Origin: Eledone cirrhosa | Taxonomy: Eukaryota | NCBI GenBank assembly: GCA_964016885.1 | Contig: OZ024741.1 | Coordinates: 17,732,001 to 17,796,000 of the forward strand | Length of the DNA: 64,000 nt | Direction: 5' to 3' | Part shown: in pieces, positions 24,487 to 38,100 of the stretch | Numbering within the stretch: position 1 is the first letter of the stretch | Layout: each line of letters opens with the position of its first letter | Translations under genes and position numbers: made by a program | Notes under the pieces: model-generated | Database searches by the model: none | Seen by the model: the letters and a program-made list of their open reading frames with translations, nothing else | Told to the model about the DNA's origin: nothing

Positions 24487-25200
24487 CGAACATGCCAGAC
24501 AACAACACGACGGTAACATAGGCAACATAGAAATTAGAATAATATCTAAACATAGAAATGACCCAGCAGATAGGCAAATCAGAGAGGCCAGTGAAATAGA
24601 ACTTAGAAGGCCAAGGCTAAACAGAAAAAATGAATGGAATAACAACAACACCCAAACAAACAACACTGACCTAAGAGAAGTATAAATAAATAAATAAATA
24701 AATAGATAAATAAATAAATAAATACATACACAAGCACAATAACAACAAACACATATAAACACACACTAGTAAAGATAGAATACATTAACCAATACACAGT
24801 CACCCAATCACGAACACACATCAAACAAAACACTATACACACACGCAAACGCATGCGCAAAGAAGACAAAATAAAATAAACAAATAAACAAATATATAAA
24901 CAGACTAAATAAAGATGGCGTAGAAAATACAATGCAACGGGAGGAAACAATAGCACCACTGACGATGTTGCAGATGTGCAACGAAAGAACTTTGATAAAC
25001 TATATATATGTGTTTGTGTCTATATTGTATCTGTGTTTTTGACCGTTGGTCAGTCAATGGCAACATTGAGGACCGAATAAATTAGATTACCGATATAAAA
25101 GACACAGAAGCGAAAAGCGAAAACCAACCAAACAGTGAGTGTGTTCTGTTATTAATTCTGGCAATATTACACAAATATGACCCTCCCCAAGTATAACAAC
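24487..25200 (+). mobile_element. 3' remnant of a second Penelope-like subfamily (GIY-YIG C-terminus, hammerhead, pLTR end)
   Basis: HARQQHDGNIGNIEIRIISKHRNDPADRQIREA..PRLNRKNEW aligns with ORF 54727-54996. Hammerhead core at 24955-24995 with weak stem I. Ends gaccctccccaagtataacaa before (TA)n. Confidence 0.8.
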
Positions 25201-25209
25201 ATATATTTA

Positions 25210-25318
<109 letters not shown>

Positions 25319-25487
25319 TCATATAAAATTTGAACAGCTGTATAACATTAACTATAAAATTGTCAGTGAGTTTGGCAACTCACCCTTACACTCGGAAAAG
25401 CGTGGACAGGGATTCCTAAATTTACAGGGTTTTTTCCATTTCTGGTTAACTATTAAAACTTCCATTTAGGTGATGAAAACTTGACCA

Positions 25488-25562
25488 GAGCTCATTAGTG
25501 TAATGGTTACCACTACTGTCCGACTTTCGGCAGTCTCAGGTGGCTCAATTCCTGCAGATCTC
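25488..25562 (+). other. Degenerate tRNA-like / SINE head
   Basis: A-box-like TAGTGTAATGG and B-box-like GGCTCAATTCC. Confidence 0.4.
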
Positions 25563-26112
25563 TCTGCCCAATTTTTGTCTGTGTATAAGTATTTGATGTG
25601 GTGTTGATTATTTTATAGATAACATTTATAACTGAATAAATTATATCTCTAAAACAAATTTTATTTGATTTAATTATAAAAAAATTAGAGAGGTGGAGTT
25701 GCCTGTAAAATATAAGATTAGGTTCCGTGAAGATTTAGAAAATCATTGAAGAATTCAGTGACAAAATCAGTTGGTGAAACACTGCTCTTGGCCATTACCA
25801 ACCGTCATTAAAACTCAGAATGATAAACACACAACACAGAGCTACTACACATCCCACCAAATAAAATAACACAACCTACATAACACAAACACTACAGAAC
25901 ATAACACTAAATAACAGAAGTAAAGACAAAACAAAAACTGATGAAGTACACAAGTTCTTTATTCTACAAGATATTGCTTCACAGATTACACGAATACAGA
26001 GTCGCGGTGTAACTGAACACAAAACCCTGTGGTCGGGAAGAAAACTTTTAACTCAACTATTATCTATAGTGATCAATATATTTTTACGTTTATTTTCTAC
26101 ATTTCCGTTTCT

Positions 26113-26223
<111 letters not shown>

Positions 26224-26355
26224 TATATGAACGTACGTATAGTATATTTGCCAATATACCGTATGTTTAATTAAAAACATTTAGAAGCCCATACGCTATC
26301 AGTTTTAAAGTAGTGACTATGTCACTTATTTCTTTTCGGCGAAAGAAAGGAGAGA

Positions 26356-26397
26356 AGCTAACAGTCTGTTTCGCGCTGGTTGGCGTTCATCAGAGCC
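26356..26397 (-). ncRNA. Type I hammerhead (family E) in a partial-tandem element (26222-26655, ~304-bp period)
   Basis: GGCU CUGAUGA A CGC-CAACCA-GCG C GAA ACAG-A-CUGU U^AGCU. ~105-bp direct repeats at 26237 and 26541. Confidence 0.8.
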
Positions 26398-26962
26398 ACG
26401 TACTTCCGCCGAAAATTATAGAAGCTGGATTCTTATACGATTCCAGTATTGGGAGCTGATTGTACAGAGCAATTGCCGGTCCAGCAGAAATTAGGTATTC
26501 CGATTGGTGCTCTGAAATAGCGATGTATACATGAATATATGTATAGTATATTTGGCAATATACCGTATGTTTAATTAAAAACATTTAGAAGACCATAGAA
26601 GACCATACGTTATCGGTTTTAAAGTAGTGACTATGTCACTTACTTATTTTCGGCATTTAACTATTGGTGGAGTGGTAGAGGTGTCGTCATAACACAGCGT
26701 GCGATGGGTACTTTAAACTCTGTGCAGACCATCCCTCTTCAGTTCGGTAAGAGAAAGAGAGAATGAATAAACCCTAGTATTGGGTTGACACTTTATTTAT
26801 CGATCTCAGAAGGATCAAATAAATACCGACGGATTTTTTTATTCGACGCATTAACAAGTATATCCATTTGACTTTATATATATTATTCCGGGTTGAATCG
26901 GAGGTAACCACAGTAAGTAAGGTACTCAATACATAGCAGAGTATAAATGTTTTAATATAGAA

Positions 26963-27014
26963 GAGCTTCTACAGGACTAGAACTGTTTCATTCGTGGAAA
27001 TCATCAGGAAGCTC
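26963..27014 (-). ncRNA. Type I hammerhead (family F) inside hairpin 26952-27072
   Basis: GAGCUUC CUGAUGA UUUC-CAC-GAAU GAA ACAG-UUCUAGUC-CUGU A^GAAGCUC. The plus-strand arm has a mutated core (CUGGUGA). Confidence 0.85.
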
Positions 27015-27107
27015 CCTGGTGATTTCACACGAATGAAACAGTTCTAGTCCTGTAGAAGCTCTTCTGTATTAAAATATACGTATATATATATAATTATATA
27101 TATATAT

Positions 27108-27215
<108 letters not shown>

Positions 27216-27817
27216 ACGTGTTTGTGTGTGTGCGCGTGTGTACGTGTGTGTGTGTGTACGTGTGTGTGTCTGTGTCTGTGTGTGTGTGTCTGTGTGCGTG
27301 TGTATGCGTATGTGTGTGTGTATGCGTGTGTGAATGCGTATGTGCGTGTGTATGTGTGTGTGTGTATGTGTGCGTGTGTGTGTGTGTGCGTGTGTACGTG
27401 TGTGTGAGTGTGCGTGTGTGTGCGTCTGTGTGTATATATATATATACATATTGGTGTGTGTGTGTGTGTGAGTGTATGCCTATTTCGGCTTCTACACTAA
27501 TGTTTATTGTTTATAGGGAATGTTAAATTAATCAAAGTATCGTCCAGAAGTGACGCACAAGGTCAAGTGGCTTGATTATATACAGACATGTTGGTATTCT
27601 ATTGCTAGAGGAGGAGATGAGGAGGGGAGAGAGGGGAGGGGTGACTGGAAGAGGAGAGGAGAGGGGAGGGGAGTAGGGGGAGGGGAGAGAAGCGTGAAGG
27701 AGAGGAATTAATTATGTAGTCACCAATTTTGGGCTTCAATCACTTGTACACGCAGTCATATATCCACACACGGACGTGTATTCATATATTTCTCTCTCTT
27801 TATATACATACATACAT

Positions 27818-28420
27818 GGTGGCTGCCAACCCGTTTTCGAGTACGGCCACTACTTTATATCCATGTAGGAGAACCCCTACCGATGCGCAGAACGAGTGTG
27901 ACATTTTAGTCCAGCCAGCGACTTGAAAACTCTGGTACAAACACTACACTTGTGACAATTATTGACACATACTGCTGGGCCCATGGTACCATGTGACGAC
28001 AAGTGCAGAGAGATCTCCAGATATAAAGCAATGCCTGTGCCGTGAAGCTTTTATAGTGAGCAAAGGCACTGCACAAAGCCAGTCCCACTCTCTTAAACAA
28101 GATATTTACCAAAAAGAAGAACAAGTCAACATCATTGGATACCATCAGGGTTGCAGGTGTTATATCAGTGTTTTCCTTCTCCTAGAATTCTGCCTTGACA
28201 AAGGCTAAGGGGTCATCTCTCCCGGTGATTTTGGATGGCCATTGACTCTTAAGAGCTCCTTTGCCCTTTGACAGGTTTTGTTTTTAGTCTTGCAGGATGT
28301 CCAAAGTCACCCTCCTCACAAAGAAACCTTAGTGGGGTTGCCAGTTTAGTCGCCAACGACCCGACCATGCGACAGGTTGTACTGGGATACATGTTACCAG
28401 TAGCACCAACTGGTGACCTG
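27818..28420 (-). mobile_element. ~600-bp (TATG)n-associated non-coding retroposon, full length
   Basis: Flanked on both sides by (CATA)n. Confidence 0.9.
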
Positions 28421-28439
28421 ACATACATACATACATACA

Positions 28440-28473
<34 letters not shown>

Positions 28474-28510
28474 CATACATACATACATACATACATACAT
28501 ACATACATAC

Positions 28511-28905
28511 ATTGAAAACGTGTTCTGTTGTGGAGATCAGCTGCCCACTTGATGTAAACGTTGTCAGAAAAATACAGGAGAAGGAGGACATCTACGGACC
28601 ATTGAGGAGGAGTTTACAAATCCAGTATCCAAGATACACCTTTAGCTTCATACCCATCATTATTGGTGCTACGGGTTATATACCAACCCGCTTAGACCAA
28701 AGTATGACTGAACTTGGATTTGCGGACAAAAAGCGCATCTCCCTAATTCATAGTCTACAAATGGCTGCGATAGCTGGCACCTTCAAAATTTGCAAAACAT
28801 TCTTGCGATTCAAGGGATGACAATTTCTTTTCTTTTACAACCTTGCCACCAGGAAGGTGGCCGGTCAAAAAAATATACTCGAAATTAAGAGAAAGAGAAA
28901 ACATA
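28511..28905 (+). mobile_element. 3' fragment of an REL-endonuclease LINE inserted in (CATA)n
   Basis: VVEISCPLD..EKEDIY..L....PIIIGATG is an REL C-terminus. Short UTR, then acatacat. Confidence 0.8.
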
Positions 28906-28979
28906 CATATATATATGTATATCTATATAGAAGCAGGCAAAACTCCAGAGTAACAAAATTCACTATTTAGCCTTAACAA

Positions 28980-29085
<106 letters not shown>

Positions 29086-29249
29086 TGTGTGTGTGTATGT
29101 GTGTGTGTCTACCTGCGCAAATGCGTATACTTGTATTCATTTACACTAACGCGCGTATACACAACTACACGACATGCATACATGCAGCTGGATAGATAGA
29201 CAGATAGATATATAGACAGACAGATAGACAGACAGATAGATAGACAGAC

Positions 29250-29303
<54 letters not shown>

Positions 29304-29564
29304 TCCTAACCTATCACCCGCCAATTACCCGTATGTAATTTAGAGTACTGTAGATGAACTTTACTAATCCATCTAATAAATAGTCAAAGAAAGATGGCCG
29401 ACTAACAATGGAGAATGGAGACATTCTTGAAAGTTGAACTTTACGGAATTTTCTTGAGTAAACTTACTGACTTCTTTAATGTGTATTTATGAATGCCTTG
29501 AAATGTTGGATGTAAAAATTGCCGGAACGAAATGTCAAGATAGCATTAACAAACCAGCAATGGG

Positions 29565-29897
29565 CCTCCGTCAGTTTCGACCTTGAATGTTCCAGTTGTT
29601 CGATAAATATAACAGCCTGCTCGTGAAATGAACGTGTGCGTAGCTGAGTAATCCACAGATACGTGTACCCTTAATGTAAATCTGAGGGAGAATCAGTGTA
29701 ACCCAGTGAATGACAAGCATAACCCTTTAAATTATGGATGTGTATCCACCCGACGGGATTCCAACAGTTTCCAGTCTACCTAATTCCATTTACATGGCAT
29801 AGAATGATTCTAGACTTAAGTAAATGACATTTACCCAAGATGTCATGCAAGGGAGTCGAACCTGGGACCTAATTAGTGTGAAGCGATCCTTTAAACA
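29565..29897 (-). mobile_element. Old degenerate tRNA-derived SINE
   Basis: Minus-strand B-box GGTTCGACTCCC followed by cttgggtaaatgtc. Confidence 0.5.
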
Positions 29898-29936
29898 TAG
29901 TTACAGACCGAAAACTGAAATATTCCTACGATGGAA

Positions 29937-30097
29937 GTATGTTCTTCTGGTTTTATAATTTCGCAATTTTTTGCCAATAGAGAGAGAGTTGGTTTCTAAC
30001 ATAGTTACAAGACTCATTGGAATTTACACAACATCAACTATAGGAGAAAATACCTGAGGAGCGTGTGAAGTGGAGACGTTTGATCAAGTCAGGTGGT
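29937..30097 (-). mobile_element. Short element sharing the 3' UTR of REL LINE 51147-51622
   Basis: ttcttctggttttataatttc...cattggaatttacacaacatcaacta shared. Flanked by TATG. Confidence 0.75.
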
Positions 30098-30189
30098 ATG
30101 TATGTACGTATGTATGTATGTATGTATGTATGTATGTATGTATGTATGTATGTATGTATGTATGTATGTATGTATGTATGTATGTATGT

Positions 30190-30523
30190 TTTTATCTTTG
30201 TATGGAGCGAGACTCCTAGTCTTATATATGACATCTCTCAAGAAGGTTACTCTGATATAAAACCTGTGACTACGTTTGCATCCAATGATGTTCTTCTTTT
30301 TGGGCAAATGCATTTGATGTTCAGAAAGTGGGATTGGCCCTGTGCAAAGCCTTTCCTCACTTAAAACAACTTCAAGCACAGGCATCGCTTGGTGAGACAT
30401 TGTTTGCGATGCATGGCATGGCTGGCTACAAGCAAGTCCCTAGCAGGACTAAAAAGCCACGTCAGTGATGCTCATGCTTAAATATGAAGCAATGGAATTA
30501 CTCGAAATCGAATTGCAACCATC
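30190..30523 (+). mobile_element. Diverged, 5'-truncated member of the 580-bp family
   Basis: actctgatataa, atccaatgatgtt, gcacaggcat, ggactaaaa and terminal tactcgaaatcgaattgcaaccatc-atgt. Confidence 0.7.
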
Positions 30524-30526
30524 ATG

Positions 30527-30563
<37 letters not shown>

Positions 30564-30627
30564 GGTTTAGCAAATAAGAAAAAGTTTCAAAGTAAATTTT
30601 AAAAAATTCACTGTACTCACTATGGTT

Positions 30628-30714
30628 ACCTTTACCGAATCGGTTTCGAGTCTCAAAAATAAATGGATAGTTCTTGCGGCCGTCCATTGAAAATATAAGC
30701 TCGCGTCAGAAGGT
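30628..30714 (-). ncRNA. Type I hammerhead with extended stem II and A9C variant (family G) in partial-tandem element 30558-31157
   Basis: ACCUU CUGACGC GAG..AAUGGA..UCCAUU..CUC GAA ACCG-AUU-CGGU A^AAGGU. ~110-bp direct repeats with 486-bp period. Confidence 0.7.
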
Positions 30715-31155
30715 TCTTTTCACTCGGAGAATATAAAATTCCCGAGTTCAAATTACGAACTGGCGCTATTCAGAATTGTTCCCGAGATGAGAATGAATCA
30801 TGTGGAAGCAATTCTGTCCAGTGCCGTGTGTAAAGATAGAAGCAGTGGCAGGGAGGTCAGTCTACTACCACTATAAATAGCAGCAGTCAGAACGACCAAA
30901 TTTTATCTGGACCAAGAGGAGTATAATAATAATAAAGTATATATCCCTACACGAAAAAAGCGTCTAGGGACACATGTATTGTCCAACCATATGCCAATGT
31001 GGTTCAATGGCAGGTTAATAAATTAACGAGCCAGAACATATATAATCAAGGTTTAGCAAATAAGAAAAAGTTTCAAAATAAATTTTAACAAATTCACTGT
31101 ACTCAATATGGTTACCTTTACCGAATCGGTTTCGAGTCTCAAAAATAAATGGACA

Positions 31156-31230
<75 letters not shown>

Positions 31231-31373
31231 GAGGTTATATTTAATTTGTTGGGATTCAACAAGCTTAAAAAATGTTATAACTGATATAAAGCACTCAACT
31301 ATCCAGGAAGCTCCAACCGATAAGGTTGTCTTTTTTTCCGGGTATGTCAATATCTATTTATAAAACACATCTG

Positions 31374-31439
31374 TATTTTATCTGATGAAAGCGCACGACA
31401 ATTTGCCTTGGTTGCCCTTGAAATATGTATAATAAAATA
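31374..31439 (+). ncRNA. Type I hammerhead (family H) in element 31228-31475
   Basis: UAUUUUAU CUGAUGA AAGCGCAC..GUUGCCCUU GAA AUAUGUAU A^AUAAAAUA. Confidence 0.8.
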
Positions 31440-31473
31440 AATATGGTTTTATAAATATAGTTTCCATTTATTA

Positions 31474-31559
<86 letters not shown>

Positions 31560-31620
31560 CGTAAAATAAGAAAATTTTAAAAAAAAAATTAAAAAAAAAA
31601 TTAACTTAGTTAAATTTTCA

Positions 31621-31700
31621 CTCCAACTAATTAGTTTCTGCAATGGGATAAAGACAGTTACGTAATGAACTGTTGAGAATTTCATTACGTCATCAGGGAG
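31621..31700 (-). ncRNA. Type I hammerhead with large loop II (family C) in partial-tandem element 31551-32155
   Basis: CUCC CUGAUGA C GUAAUG-(long loop)-CAUUGC A GAA ACUA-AU-UAGU U^GGAG. Terminal repeat tataaaagacgtaaaata at 31551 and 32105. Confidence 0.8.
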
Positions 31701-32159
31701 GTCATTCTCAGCCGTGTCTCCAGGCGATGCGCGGACACTGGGGACTCATATAAAAATAATAATAATTCGGTAAATGCAACAGCTATCGAGGACTGGATTC
31801 CAGCTACTGAAAATTCTCACTGCCACTGATCATATGGCCGATTCTAAAGAATCAATCACGTGACACAGAGGCTAGTCAGTAGGAATGGGATGGTAAGATG
31901 ACTGACGCCTACTAACACCCCCCAAAAAAATTTTTAGAAGTGGTTTTGGCAGGTTTGCTCGACAAATCAGTGATTTGGAGATAAATATAGATAATTTAAT
32001 ATATCTACTAACATAAGCGCACAGATGTACGCTAATGCCAGCAAATACACAGGTTATGTCATAGTACCTAGGTGGTTCAATGCAGGAGAATGCAGAACAA
32101 TAATATAAAAGACGTAAAATAGGAAAATTAAAAAAAAAATATTTTTTAAAAAATTAAAT

Positions 32160-35100
32160 TACTGTTGGTGTTACTGTTGTTATAATTCTTACTGTTGTTG
32201 TTACTGTTGTTGTTACTGTTGTTATAATTCTTGCTGTTGTTGTTACTGTTGTTGTTACTGTTGTTATAATTCTTGCTGTTGTTGTTACTGTTGTTGTTAC
32301 TGTTGCTATAATTCTTACTGTTGTTGTTATAATTCTTACTGTTGTTGTTACTGTTGTTGTTACTGTTGTTATAATTCTTACTGTTGTTGTTACTGTTGCT
32401 ATAATTCTTACTGTTGTTGTGACTGTTGTTATAATTCTTACTGTTGTTGTTGCTGTTGTTGTTACTGTTGTTATAATTCTTACTGTTGTTGTTACTGTTG
32501 TTACTATTGTTGTTACTGTTGTTATAATTCTGAATGTTGTTGTTACTGTTGCTATAATTTTTACTGTTATTGTTACTGTTGTTGTTACTGTTGTTATAAT
32601 TCTTACTGTTGTTGTTACTGTTGTAATAATTCTTACAGTTGTTGTTACTGTTGTTGTTACTGTTGCTATAATTCTTACAGTTGTTGTTACTGTTGTTGTT
32701 ACTGTTGCTATAATTTTTACTGTTATTGTTACTGTTGTTGTTACTGTTGTTATAATTCTTACTGTTGTTGTTACTGTTGTAATAATTCTTACAGTTGTTG
32801 TTACTGTTGTTGTTACTGTTGTTATAATTCTTACTGTTGTTGTTATTGTTGCTATAATTCTTACTGTTGTTACTGTTGTTGTTACTGTTGTTATAATTCT
32901 TACTGTTGTTGTTACTGTTGTTGTTACTGTTGTTATAATTCTTACTGTTGTTGTTACTGTTGCTATAATTCTTACTGTTGTTGTTACTGTTTTTATAATT
33001 CTTACTGTTGTTGTTACTGTTGTTGTTACTGTTGCTATAATTCTTACTGTTGTTGTTATAATTATTACTGTTGTTGTTACTGTTGTTGTTACAGTTGCTA
33101 TAATTCTTACTTTTGTTGTTACTGTTGTTATAATTCTTACAGATGTTGGTACTGTTGTTGTTACTGTTGTTATAATTCTTACAGTTGTTGTTACTGTTGT
33201 TGTTACTGTTGTTATAATTCTTACTGTTGTTGTTACTGTTGTTATAATTCTTACTGTTGTTGTTACTGTTGCTATAATTCTTACTGTTGTTGTTACTGTT
33301 GTTGTTACTGTTGCTATAATTCTTACAGTTGTTGTTACTGTTGTTGTTACTGTTGTTATAATTTTTACTGTTGTTGTTACTGTTGTTGTTACAGTTGCTA
33401 TAATTGTTACTGTTGTTGTTACTGTTGCTATAATTCTTACTGTTGTTGTTACTGTTGCTATAATTCTTACAGTTGTTGTTACTGTTGTTGTTACTGTTGT
33501 TATAATTTTTACTGTTGTTGTTACTGTTGTTGTTACAGTTGCTATAATTCTTACTGTTGTTGTTACTGTTGCTATAATTCTTACTGTTGTTGTTACTGTT
33601 GCTATAATTCTTACTGTTGTTGTTACTGTTGTTGTTACTGTTGTTATAATTCTTACAGTTGTTGCTACTGTTGTTGTTATTATTTTTACTGTTGTTGTTA
33701 CTCTTGTTGTTACAGTTGCTATAATTCTTACTGTTGTTGTTACTGTTGTTGTTACTGTTGTTATAATTCTTACAGTTGTTGTTACTGTTGTTGTTACTGT
33801 CGTTGTTACTGTTGCTGTTACTGTTGTTGTTACTGTTGTTATAATTCTTACTGTTGTTGTTACTGTTGTTGTTACTGTTGTTATTATTCTTACTGTTGTT
33901 GTCACTCTTGTTGTTAGTGTGGCTATAATTCTTACTTTTGTTGTTACTGTTGTTATAATTCTTACAGTTGTTGTTACTGTTGTTGTTATTATTTTTACTG
34001 TTGTTGTTACTCTTGTTGTTACGGTTGCTATAATTCTTACTGTTGTTGTTATAATTCTTACTGTTGTTGTTACTGTTGTTGTTACTGTTGCTATAATTCT
34101 TACTGTTGTTGTTACTGTTGTTGTTACTGTTGTTGTTATAATTCTTACTGTAGTTGTTACTGTTGTTGTTATAATTCTTACTGTTGTTGTTACTGTTGTT
34201 GTTACTGTTGGTGTTACTGTTGTTATAATTCTTGCTGTTGTTGTTACTGTTGTTGTTACTGTTGTTATAATTCTTGCTGTTGTTGTTACTGTTGTTGTTA
34301 TAATTCTTATTGTTGTTGTTACTGTTGTTGTCATAATTCTTACTGTTGTTGTTACTGTTGTTGCTACTGTTGTTGTTACTGTTGTTATAATTCTTACTGT
34401 TGTTGTTACTGTTGTTGTTATAATTGTTACTTTTGTTGTTACTGTTGTAGTTATAATTCTTACTTTTGTTGTTACTGTTGTTGATACTGTTGTTTTAATT
34501 CTTGCTGTTGTTATTACTGTTGTTGTTACTGTTGCTGTTACTGTTGTTGTTACTGTTGTTATAATTCTTAATGTTGTTGTTACTGTTGCTATAATTCTTA
34601 CTGTTGTTGTTACTGTTGTTGTTACTGTTGTTGTTACTGTTGTTATAATTCTTACTGTTGTTGTTACTGTTGTTATAATTCTTACAGTTTTTGTTACTGT
34701 TGTTGTTACAGTTGTTATAATTTTTACTGTTGTTGTTACTTTTGTTGTTACAGATGCTATAATTCTTACTGTTGTTGTTACTCTTTTTGTTACTGTTGCT
34801 ATAATTCTTACTGTTGTTTTTACTGTTGCTATAATTCTTACTGTTGTTGTTACTGTTGTTATAATTCTTACTGTTGTTGCTATTGATGCTATAATTCTTA
34901 CTGTTGTTAATGTTGTTGTTACTGTTGTTATAATTCTTACTGTTGTTGTTACTGTTGTTGTTACTGTTGCTATAATTCTTACTGTTGTTGTTACTGTTGT
35001 TGTTACAGTTGTTATAATTCTTACTGTTGTTGTTACTGTTGTTGTTATAATTCTTTCTGTCGTTGTTACTGTTGTTGTTATAATTCTTACTGTTGGTGTT

Positions 35101-38100
35101 ACTGTTGTTATAATTCTTACTGTTGGTGTTACTGTTGCTATAATTCTTACTGTTGTTGTTACTGTTGTTATAATGCTTGCTGTTTTTGTTACTGTTGTTG
35201 TTATAATTATTACTGTTGTTGTTACTGTTGTTGTTACAGTAGCTATAATTCTTACTGTTGTTGTCACTCTTATTGTTACTGTTGCTATAATTCTTACTGT
35301 TGTTGTTACTGTTGTTGTTACTGTTGTTATAATTCTTACTGTTGTTGTCACTCTTATTGTTATTGTTGCTATAATTCTTACTGTTGTTGTTACTGTTTCT
35401 ATAATTCTTACTGTTGTTGTTACTGTTGCTATAATTCTTACTGTTGTTGTTAATGTTGTTGTTACTGTTGTTATAATTCTTACAGTTGTTGTTACTGTTG
35501 TTGTTATTATTTTTACTGTTCTTGTTACTCTTGTTGTTACATTTGCTATAATTCTTACTGTTGTTGTTACTGTTGTTGTTACTGTTGTTATAATTCTTAC
35601 AGTTGTTGTTACTGTTGTTGTTACTGTTGTTATAATTCTTACTGTTGTTGTTACTATTGTTGTTACTGTTGTTATAATTCTTAATGTTGTTGTTACTGTT
35701 GTTGTTACTGTTGTTGTTACTGTTGTTGTTATAATTCTTACTGTTGTTGTTACTGTTGTTGTTACTGTTGTTGTTACTGCTGTTATAATTCTTACTGTTG
35801 TTGTTACTGTTGTTGTTACTGTTGTTGTTATAATTCTTACCGTTGTTGTTACTGTTGTTGTTACTGTTGCTATAATTCTTACTGTTGTTGTTACTGTTGT
35901 TGTTATAATTCTTACTGTTGTTGTTACTGTTGTTGTTACTGTTGTTATAATTCTTACTGTTGGTGTTACTGTTGTTGTTACTGTTGTTGTTACTGTTGTT
36001 GTTACTGTTGTTGTTATAATTCTTACTATTGTTGTTACTGTTGTTGTTATAATTCTTACTGTTGTTGTTACTGTTGTTGTTACTGTTGTTATAATTCTTA
36101 CTGTTGTTGTTACTGTTGTTGTTACTGTTGTTGTTACTGTTGTTATAATTCTTACTGTTGTTGTTACTGTTGTTGTTACTGTTGTTGTTACTGTTGTTGT
36201 TACTGTTGTTGTTACTGTTGTTATAATTCTTACTGTTGTTATTACTGTTGTTGTTATAATTCTTACTGTTGTTGTTACTGTTGTTGTTACTGTTGTTGTT
36301 ACTGTTGTTATAATTCTTACTGTTGGTGTTACTGTTGTTGTTACTGTTGTTGTTACTGTTGTTGTTACTGTTGTTATAATTCTTACTGTTGTTGTTACTG
36401 TTGCTATAATTCTTACTGTTGTTGTTACTGTTGCTATAATTCTTACTGTTGTTGTTACTGTTGTTGTTACTGTTGTTGTTACTGTTGTTGTTACTGTTGT
36501 TATAATTCTTACTGTTGTTGTTACTGTTGCTATAATTCTTACTGTTGTTGTTACTGTTGTTGTTACTGTTGTTATAATTCTTACTGTTGTTGTTATTGTT
36601 GTTATACTTCTTACTGTTGTTGTTACTGTTGCTATAATTTTTACTGTTGTTGTTACTGTTGTTGTTACAGTTGCTATAATTGTTACTGTTGTTGTTACTG
36701 TTGTTGTTACTGTTGTTATAATTCTTACTGTTGTTGTTACTGTTGTTGTTACTGTTGCTATAATTCTTACTGTTGTTGTTACTGTTGTTATAATTCTTAC
36801 TGTTGTTGTTACTGTTGTTGTTACTGTTGTTATAATTCTTACTGTTGTTGTTACTGTTGTTGTTACAGTTGTTGTTATAATTCTTACTGTTGTTGTTACT
36901 GTTGCTATGATTCTTACTGTTGTTGTTACTGTTGTTGTTACTGTTGCTATAATTCTTACTGTTGTTGTTACTGTTGCTATAATTCTTACTGTTGTTGTTA
37001 CTGTTGCTATAATTCTTACTGTTGTTGTTACTTTTGCTATGATTCTTATTGTTGTTGTTACTGTTGTTGTTACTGTTGCTCTAATTCTTACTGTTGTTGT
37101 TACTGTTGTTGTTACTGTTGTTATAATTCTTACTGTTGTTGTTACTGTTGTTGTTACTGTTGTTGTTATAATTCTTACTGTTGTTGTTACTGTTGTTGTT
37201 ACTGTTGTTGTTACTGTTGTTGTTATAATTCTTACTGTTGTTGTTACTGTTGTTGTTACTGTTGTTATAATTCTTACTGTTGTTGTTACTGTTGTTGTTA
37301 CTGTTGTTGTTATACTTCTTACTGTTGTTGTTACTGTTGCTATAATTTTTACTGTTGTTGTTACTGTTGTTGTTACAGTTGCTATAATTGTTACTGTTGT
37401 GGTTACTGTTGTTGTTACTGTTGTTATAATTCTTACTGTTGTTGTTACTGTTGTTGTTACTGTTGTTGTTACTGTTGCTATAATTCTTACTGTTGTTGTT
37501 ACTGTTGTTATAATTCTTACTGTTGTTGTTACTGTTGTTGTTACAGTTGTTGTTATAATTCTTACTGTTGTTGTTACTGTTGCTATGATTCTTACTGTTG
37601 TTGTTACTGTTGTTGTTACTGTTGTTGTTACTGTTGCTATAATTCTTACTGTTGTTGTTACTGTTGCTATAATTCTTACTGTTGTTGTTACTGTTGCTAT
37701 GATTCTTATTGTTGTTGTTACTGTTGTTGTTACTGTTGCTCTAATTCTTACTGTTGTTGTTACTGTTGTTGTTACTGTTGTTATAATTCTTACTGTTGTT
37801 GTTACTGTTGTTGTTATAATTCTTACTGTTGTTGTTACTGTTGTTGTTACTGTTGTTGTTACTGTTGTTGTTACTGTTGTTATAATTCTTACTGTTGTTG
37901 TTACTGTTGTTGTTACTGTTGTTGTTATAATTCTTACTGTTGTTGTTACTGTTGTTGTTACTGTTGTTATAATTCTTACTGTTGTTGTTATTGTTGCTAT
38001 AATTCTTACTGTTGTTGTTACTATTGTTGTTACTGTTGTTGTTATAATTCTTACTGTTGTTGTTACTGTTGTTGTTACTGTTGTTATAATTCTTACTGTT